NCBI GenBank assembly: GCA_027297845.1
Contig: JAPUHG010000175.1
Span: forward strand, 1-26,540
DNA: 26,540 nt
Reading direction: 5' to 3'
From: Gammaproteobacteria bacterium
GTDB taxonomy: Bacteria; Pseudomonadota; Gammaproteobacteria; Steroidobacterales; MnTg04
The notes under the pieces were generated by a model. It saw only the letters and a list, made by a program, of their open reading frames with translations. It made no database searches and was not told the origin of the DNA. The translations under genes and the position numbers were made by a program. Below, in pieces: positions 25,934-26,540 of the stretch; positions within the stretch are counted from its first letter, which is position 1; each line of letters opens with the position of its first letter.

Positions 25934-26540
25934 ATGCCGGCCGCCCAGATAGGGTGTCATTCACTTCATTACGAAATAAGCGGGGATGGCGAGCCGTTAC
26001 TGCTGCTGCATGGTCTCGGGTCCAGCGGCCTGGACTGGGGCGAGCAAGTGCCAGCATTTTCGGAACGCTGCCAGGTGATTACACCGGATCTGGCCGGCTT
26101 TGGCCGCAGTGACAGACTGACGGGGCGGTACAGTATTGCCGAATATGCCAAGGATATTTTCCGGCTGCTCGATCATCTGCGGATAGATCATTGTCACCTG
26201 CTGGGTTATTCGATGGGTGGAGCGATTGCATTTCAGATGGCGGCAGACATGCCACGGCGCATATCCAGTTTGATTATTCTCAATAGCCTGCCGAGTTTTG
26301 TCCTGGATAATTTCGCCAAGCGCAGAGAGTACTTCCTGCGCTGCCTGATCGTCCGTCTGTTTGGTATGCAGCCGCTGGCTCGCCTGGTGACCAAGCGCCT
26401 GTTGCCAAAAGAGGAACATCGCGCAGTGGCCGAAAGAATGGCCGCACGTTACCAGCTCAATGACAGGAAATCATATCTAGCGGCACTCAAGGCGCTGGCA
26501 GGCTGGTCGATCACCGACAGACTCGAAGTGCTGACCATGC
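25934..26540 (+). CDS. Alpha/beta-fold hydrolase (enol-lactonase-like), 3' end outside the window; not in the ORF track
   Basis: AGGAG at 25923-25927 and ATG at 25934. The frame reads MPAAQIGCHSLHYEISGDGEPLLLLHGLGSS...PDLAGFGRS...LLGYSMGG (G-x-S-x-G) and stays open to the window end. Confidence 0.9.
   Translation, partial: MPAAQIGCHSLHYEISGDGEPLLLLHGLGSSGLDWGEQVPAFSERCQVITPDLAGFGRSDRLTGRYSIAEYAKDIFRLLDHLRIDHCHLLGYSMGGAIAFQMAADMPRRISSLIILNSLPSFVLDNFAKRREYFLRCLIVRLFGMQPLARLVTKRLLPKEEHRAVAERMAARYQLNDRKSYLAALKALAGWSITDRLEVLTM

Noticed and set aside
1-26540. CRISPR arrays, tRNA/rRNA genes, prophage or defence genes
   Set aside because: No regularly spaced repeats, cloverleaf or rRNA signatures, or phage/defence motifs seen. 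Intergenic gaps are too short to hide them.

Overview
A mostly chromosomal, housekeeping-type window from a Gammaproteobacterium (inferred from gene content and order; GC roughly high-50s % by eye). Positions 1-18191 follow the layout of the Pseudomonas aeruginosa pilT/pilU...pyrB-ruvX-algH-tonB3-gshB / pilGHIJ-chpA...rsmE region. Departures from that layout: two tandem PilU-type ATPases, a PyrK-like gene after pyrB with no pyrR or pyrC', apbE plus an AT-rich orphan gene between gshB and tonB, and no pilK or chpB. After rsmE come ampD-ampE-btuF, a convergent btuB-pduO unit under a clear cobalamin riboswitch, a hisN/IMPase-phzF pair, an isolated BtuD/FecE-like ATPase and a partial alpha/beta hydrolase that the ORF track missed. 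I found no CRISPR, tRNA, rRNA, transposase or integrase, and no clearly new multi-gene system. The most interesting sequence-level observations are: (1) a ~447-bp low-GC insert bounded by a 6-bp direct repeat, whose removal rebuilds an apbE-tonB junction; (2) a diverged 48-bp in-frame tandem duplication inside ampE; (3) a B12 riboswitch with an extra hairpin in its L4 T-loop; (4) a B12 uptake system split over three transcription units with no permease in the window. All product calls come from motif recognition; no database search was run.
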